Source of the DNA: an uncultured Thermoleophilia bacterium
GTDB taxonomy: Bacteria > Actinomycetota > Thermoleophilia > UBA2241
DNA length: 64,000 nucleotides
Direction: 5' to 3'
Assembly (NCBI GenBank): GCA_963699725.1
Contig: CAVOVA010000008.1
Coordinates: 48,349 to 112,348, forward strand
Shown here: positions 59,993 through 64,000 of the stretch, in pieces
Numbering within the stretch: the stretch's first letter is position 1
How the letters are laid out: the number at the start of each line of letters is the position of its first letter
Notes under the pieces: generated by a model
The model's input: only the letters and a program-made list of their open reading frames with translations
Databases searched by the model: none
What the model was told of the DNA's origin: nothing
Made by a program: the position numbers and the translations under genes

Positions 59993-61804
59993 ATGTCCAC
60001 GCAGAGCAGCGAGGAACGCGCAACGGGGATCGCCCGGTTCCTTTCGCACTACCCGCCTTTCGACCAGATGGATAGGGCGGAGCTCGAGCGGGTGGCCGCG
60101 GTCGCCGTAGAACATCGCGCCGCCGCCGGTGAGGCCGTGCTCGTCGAGAACGGCGCCACCGGAACGTACCTCTATGTCGTCCGCGACGGGACCATGGAAC
60201 TGGATCACAACGGCAACGTGGTCGACGTCGTCACCAGGGGGCAGGTCTTCGGCCATCCAACTCTCGTCACCGGACTGGCTCCGGAGTTCACGGTCCGAGC
60301 CCGAGAGGACACCGTCCTCTACCTCATCCCGCGCGACGTCGCCTTGTCGATCCTCAGCAGTCCCGAGGGCGTCACCTTCGTTGCCCAGACCCTGCGGGAA
60401 CGGATCATCCGCGCGGCCCAGGCGATGCGGTCGCTACCCGATGCCCGCACCGTCCGCGTGACTTCCCTGGTGCGCCGCGGCCCGGTCTACTGCCAGCCGT
60501 CCACGACAGTGCGGGAGGCGGCCCGGCTCATGAGTGATGAACGGGTCACCGCAGTGCTCGTTCGCAGCCGCAGAGGTTTGGGCATCGTCACCGACTCCGA
60601 CCTGCGCAAGAAGGTGCTCGCCGGCGGCCTCCCGCGCGATACGCCGGTCAGCTCGATCATGACGCTGCCGGTCAGGACGGTGGCCGACGACGTGCTGGCG
60701 CCTGAGGCCGGCGTCGAGATGCTGGAGGAAGGCGTGAGCCACCTCCCCGTCGTCGACAAGCGCGGCCATGTCCTCGGCATCGTCTCGGCGGCAAGCCTCA
60801 TGAGTCTCGATGCCATCAGCCCCTTTGCGCTGCGCCGGTCGATCGCCGCGGCGCACGACGAGGACGAGCTGGCGGAAGCGGCCGCGGAGTTGCCGCGGCT
60901 CTTCGTCGCCCTCCTCGACGCCCGCCTGGATGCGTCGGGCCTGACGCGTGTCATCACCCTGCTCAGCGACACCATGACGACCCGCCTGCTCGACTTCGCC
61001 TTCGAGCGTCACGGCCGACCGCCCGTGGCCTTCGCCTGGCTCGCGCTCGGCAGCAGCGCCCGCCACGAGCTCACCCTCGCTTCCGACCAGGACAATGCGC
61101 TCGCCTACGACGATACGAAGGATCCCGAGATCGACGCGTACTTCAAGCTCGTCGGCGAGGTCGTCAACTCCGGCCTCGCGCGCTGCGGATTCAGTCTCGA
61201 CGAGTCCGGCGTGCTGGCCAGCGATGCGCACTGGCGCCTGACGCAGTCTGAATGGCTGGCCGTCTTCAGGCGCTGTCTGGGTGTCTTCGACTGGAAGAAC
61301 CTGCTACGCGCCAGCATCGCCTTCGACTTCCGGCAGGTAGCCGGAGACCTGTCCATCACCGCGCCGCTGAGCGACCTCCTGCGCACGGCGCCTCGCCACG
61401 GAGGCTTCCTCAGCGGGCTTGCGTACATGGCTTCGCAGATACGCTCGCCGCTCGGCTTCCGCCAGCGCCTGACCGGACCCATCGACATCAAGAAGAGCGG
61501 GCTCCTCCCGGTGGAGAACCTGGCCCGCTTCTACGCTTTCGCGCGGGGTATCTCCGCGGGGACGACCGTGGAGCGACTCATCAGCGTCCGGGACGCACGG
61601 AGTGGATCGCAGGAGAACGCGCAAGCGCTGCTCGAGGCGTTCGCCAGCATGTCCCAGGTACGTCTCGACCAGCATGCCCGCCTCATCGAAGAAGGTCGCC
61701 AGCCGCACAACGTGATCGACACCGTGACGTTGAGTCCGCTGACACGCGTATCCGTCCAGGAGGCGCTGCGCGTCGTGGCTGCAGCGCAGAAGCTCCTCCC
61801 CTGA
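59993..61804 (+). CDS. cNMP-binding / CBS-pair / DUF294 putative nucleotidyltransferase signalling protein
   Basis: N-terminal cNMP-binding roll, two CBS motifs (..VTAVLV....LGIVTDSDLR, VSHLPVVD..G.VLGIVS), then FAWLALGSSARHELTLASDQDNAL (DUF294 NTase) and a DUF294_C-like tail. Confidence 0.82.
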   Translation: MSTQSSEERATGIARFLSHYPPFDQMDRAELERVAAVAVEHRAAAGEAVLVENGATGTYLYVVRDGTMELDHNGNVVDVVTRGQVFGHPTLVTGLAPEFTVRAREDTVLYLIPRDVALSILSSPEGVTFVAQTLRERIIRAAQAMRSLPDARTVRVTSLVRRGPVYCQPSTTVREAARLMSDERVTAVLVRSRRGLGIVTDSDLRKKVLAGGLPRDTPVSSIMTLPVRTVADDVLAPEAGVEMLEEGVSHLPVVDKRGHVLGIVSAASLMSLDAISPFALRRSIAAAHDEDELAEAAAELPRLFVALLDARLDASGLTRVITLLSDTMTTRLLDFAFERHGRPPVAFAWLALGSSARHELTLASDQDNALAYDDTKDPEIDAYFKLVGEVVNSGLARCGFSLDESGVLASDAHWRLTQSEWLAVFRRCLGVFDWKNLLRASIAFDFRQVAGDLSITAPLSDLLRTAPRHGGFLSGLAYMASQIRSPLGFRQRLTGPIDIKKSGLLPVENLARFYAFARGISAGTTVERLISVRDARSGSQENAQALLEAFASMSQVRLDQHARLIEEGRQPHNVIDTVTLSPLTRVSVQEALRVVAAAQKLLP

Positions 61805-61814
61805 GGCGCGCTCG

Positions 61815-63374
61815 TCAGCTCGAATCGCCGAGACAGTAGAACCAGCCGTCGCGGCAGCCGATGTAGATGCGTCCGTTCCACATCGTCGGCGTGGACTCGA
61901 AGGCAGCCTCGGCGTAGAACTGGTCGCGCTCTTCCAGCGTCACCGTCCAGTACGTCCCATCGCCGTTGGCGCTGGGCAGCGCGCCGTCGTCGTCCTTCTC
62001 GGCCGGCGCGTACTCGATGTGGAAGAGGTGGACGCGCTGGTCGTAGCTCGCGGCCACCAGCGCGTCGCCCACGATGATCGGCGTGGAGATGGCTCCGCCG
62101 TTCCAGACCTTGGCGACCTGCACCGGGGTCTTCAGGCCCTTCTCGCGGTTGGGGCCGGCGACGGTCTGGTCGCGCATCGTGTCCTGTGAGATCACGTAGA
62201 GGTGGCCGTCGATGGCGCTGAAGGCGCAGATCGCCGGGTACTTGCCGCCGTCGTTGTACTCGTCGTTCACGGCGGCCGAGCCCACGATCCCGCCCTTCCA
62301 CTCGCCGACCTTGCGGTTCCCCGTCGGGAAATACCACGCGGCGGCCTGGGCGGCAGGCTTGGACGGGTCGAGCGCGAGCATGCCGCCCTTGCCCTTGATG
62401 TACTGCTTCTCGACGGCCTGAAGCAGCAGGCCCTTCCTGGTCGGCACCGGCGTGCCGTCGAGGTCGGAGCCGATGTAGTAGTCCCAGACGACGGCGAGGT
62501 CCGAGCGCCGGAGGCCGTACACGTGGCCGGCGCCGGAGGCGATGTAGAGGTTTTCGCCGAGCGCCGACGCCGACGACTCGAGCACGAGATTGCGTCCGTG
62601 GCTCTTCGCCCGCTCGTCGCCGAGAAGCAGTTGCTGGGCCTCGACGACGGGGCTGTCGCCCTCGGCCCACGCCTCCGTCTTCAGAGGGTCGAGCGCGTAG
62701 AAGTACCCACTCTCGACGCCGATGTAGAAGCGGCCGTCGTAGTAGAAGCCGCTGCCGTCGCAGTCGCGGCTGGAGCAGCGTGTCTGCGGCACCGGCAGCC
62801 GCCAGAGCTCCTTGCCGCTGCCGAACGCCAGCGCGCGGAGGGGCGCCACCCGCGGGTCATCGAGCTTGTACGGGTACCCGCGCCGCGACCCCGCGACGAC
62901 GATGTACTTGTCGTCGGGCCCAGTCGGCGAAGGGTTCTGGAACACCGACGGGCTGCTCTTGAGGATGTCGTCGTACTGGTAGGCCCAGACGACCTCGCCG
63001 GTCTGCGCGTCGATGCGGCGGAGCTTGTAGTCGTAGGCACTGGCGATGACGTAGGTCCTGCCGCCGTCGACGACGATGTTGGGCTGGCCGGTCCAGCCGC
63101 TTCCGGCCCACTTGCCCGGCGGGTCCGTATCGAGCTTGCCCGAGCTCCACCCGGCGCCGAGCCTGACCCTCCAGAGAACGTCGAGGCGACTCGGCGCCGG
63201 CCCGAGCCCGTAGAAGCGGCGCCCGTAGTCGCCGAGGAAGGTGCCGACCTTGACGCCGTCGCCGGTGAGCGCGGGACGCGGCGGCGCGGGTATGGGCCCG
63301 GCATCCGTGACCTGGTCCTCCCCCCCGCCGCAGGAGCAGCCGCCGCACGACGACGCACGCCACAGGACAAGCAC
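61815..63374 (-). CDS. PQQ-like (BamB-type) beta-propeller repeat protein, probable lipoprotein
   Basis: Repeated ..G.VVW.Y / G.LY.....G.VY.L propeller blades. The frame is open upstream (..QLRRRRGVALLVLAVLLVLVLWRASSC), suggesting a non-canonical start near 63422. Confidence 0.75.
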   Translation of the reverse strand: MLVLWRASSCGGCSCGGGEDQVTDAGPIPAPPRPALTGDGVKVGTFLGDYGRRFYGLGPAPSRLDVLWRVRLGAGWSSGKLDTDPPGKWAGSGWTGQPNIVVDGGRTYVIASAYDYKLRRIDAQTGEVVWAYQYDDILKSSPSVFQNPSPTGPDDKYIVVAGSRRGYPYKLDDPRVAPLRALAFGSGKELWRLPVPQTRCSSRDCDGSGFYYDGRFYIGVESGYFYALDPLKTEAWAEGDSPVVEAQQLLLGDERAKSHGRNLVLESSASALGENLYIASGAGHVYGLRRSDLAVVWDYYIGSDLDGTPVPTRKGLLLQAVEKQYIKGKGGMLALDPSKPAAQAAAWYFPTGNRKVGEWKGGIVGSAAVNDEYNDGGKYPAICAFSAIDGHLYVISQDTMRDQTVAGPNREKGLKTPVQVAKVWNGGAISTPIIVGDALVAASYDQRVHLFHIEYAPAEKDDDGALPSANGDGTYWTVTLEERDQFYAEAAFESTPTMWNGRIYIGCRDGWFYCLGDSS

Positions 63375-63622
63375 GAGGAGGACGGCGAGGACGAGGAGCG
63401 CGACGCCGCGCCGGCGCCGCAGCTGGCGCTGGCGCTGCGCGGAGCGGCGGCGTGGCGGCCGCCGGTCTGTTCCGGCCGTCGTCTCGATGGCGCAACGATA
63501 CTACGGACCGCGATACGGCTGCTCGCCGGGCGTGTGCCCGCCGGGTCTCGAGAGGGTAGGATGCCTGAGGCCGGCGGGGCAGTCCCGCCGGTGGCCCGAC
63601 CGACGACGACCCCGGAGGGATC

Positions 63623-64000
63623 ATGGCGACCGACCTCGACCTGCTGCGTGAGCTGTGCGCCGCGCCCGCGCCCACGGGGTTCGAAGCCCCCGTCCAGGAT
63701 CTCGTCCGCCGGCGACTCGCCGCGTCCGCGGCGCCCGAAGGCGACCCGCTGGGCAACGTCTGGGGCACGGTCCCCGGACAGGGTGCGCCCGGCGTCGTGG
63801 TCACCGCCCACGCGGACCAGATCGGCCTCATCGTCACCTACGTGGACGAGCACGGCTACGTCTCGTTCGACAAGATCGGCGGTGTGGACCCGCAGCTGCT
63901 CCCCGGCCGCAACCTGATCGTGCACGGCGCCAAGGGCCCGGTGAACGGGGTCGTCGGCCGCCGGCCTTCGCACAAGATGACCAAAGAGGAGCGCGCCAAG
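63623..64000 (+). CDS. M42-family (FrvX/CelM-like) aminopeptidase, 5' part only
   Basis: GGAGGGA then ATG: DLLRELCAAPAPTGFE.PV.DLV...L........D.LGNV....PG.G.P.VVVTAHADQIGL.VTYVDE.GY..F..IGG; runs off the window. Confidence 0.8.
   Translation, partial: MATDLDLLRELCAAPAPTGFEAPVQDLVRRRLAASAAPEGDPLGNVWGTVPGQGAPGVVVTAHADQIGLIVTYVDEHGYVSFDKIGGVDPQLLPGRNLIVHGAKGPVNGVVGRRPSHKMTKEERAK

Overview
High-GC (roughly 70% by eye) bacterial chromosomal segment, gene-dense, mostly minus-strand. (1) 1-6.1 kb holds an oxidative pentose-phosphate operon, tal-pgi-gnd-zwf-pgl, with overlapping stop/start codons. (2) About 8-43 kb is dominated by an integron. An intact integron integrase IntI (42285..43250, -) is followed on its 3' side, on the same strand, by a candidate attI and about 27 gene cassettes. 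These are bounded by imperfect-palindrome attC sites with (xxxxAAC ... GTTxxxx) cores (22.7-42.0 kb). Next comes an 8.8-kb non-cassette block: an IS5-like transposase fragment fused to half an attC, three MttB-superfamily methyltransferase paralogues, two DAO-type FAD oxidoreductases and an enolase-like gene fragment. Beyond it lies a second attC cluster with eroded cores (8.0-13.8 kb). Cassettes encode toxin-antitoxin pairs (several decayed), GNAT acetyltransferases including an AAC(3)-I-like enzyme, SAM methyltransferases, a GT1 glycosyltransferase and many orphan membrane proteins or lipoproteins. One reverse-oriented BCP-type peroxiredoxin has an in-frame TGA at the peroxidatic-Cys position followed by a SECIS-like hairpin. 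(3) 43.5-64 kb carries pntAA-pntAB-pntB, a DAK2-DegV fusion and a HEAT-repeat protein. It also carries two MoxR/VWA pairs interleaved with three paralogous xylose-isomerase-like TIM barrels, DUF2284, an enolase-superfamily protein, cNMP-binding, GAF-GGDEF and cNMP/CBS/nucleotidyltransferase signalling proteins, a PQQ-like propeller lipoprotein and a partial M42 peptidase. No rRNA, tRNA or CRISPR was recognised. All coordinates of attC sites and revised starts come from manual reading and may be off by a few nt.
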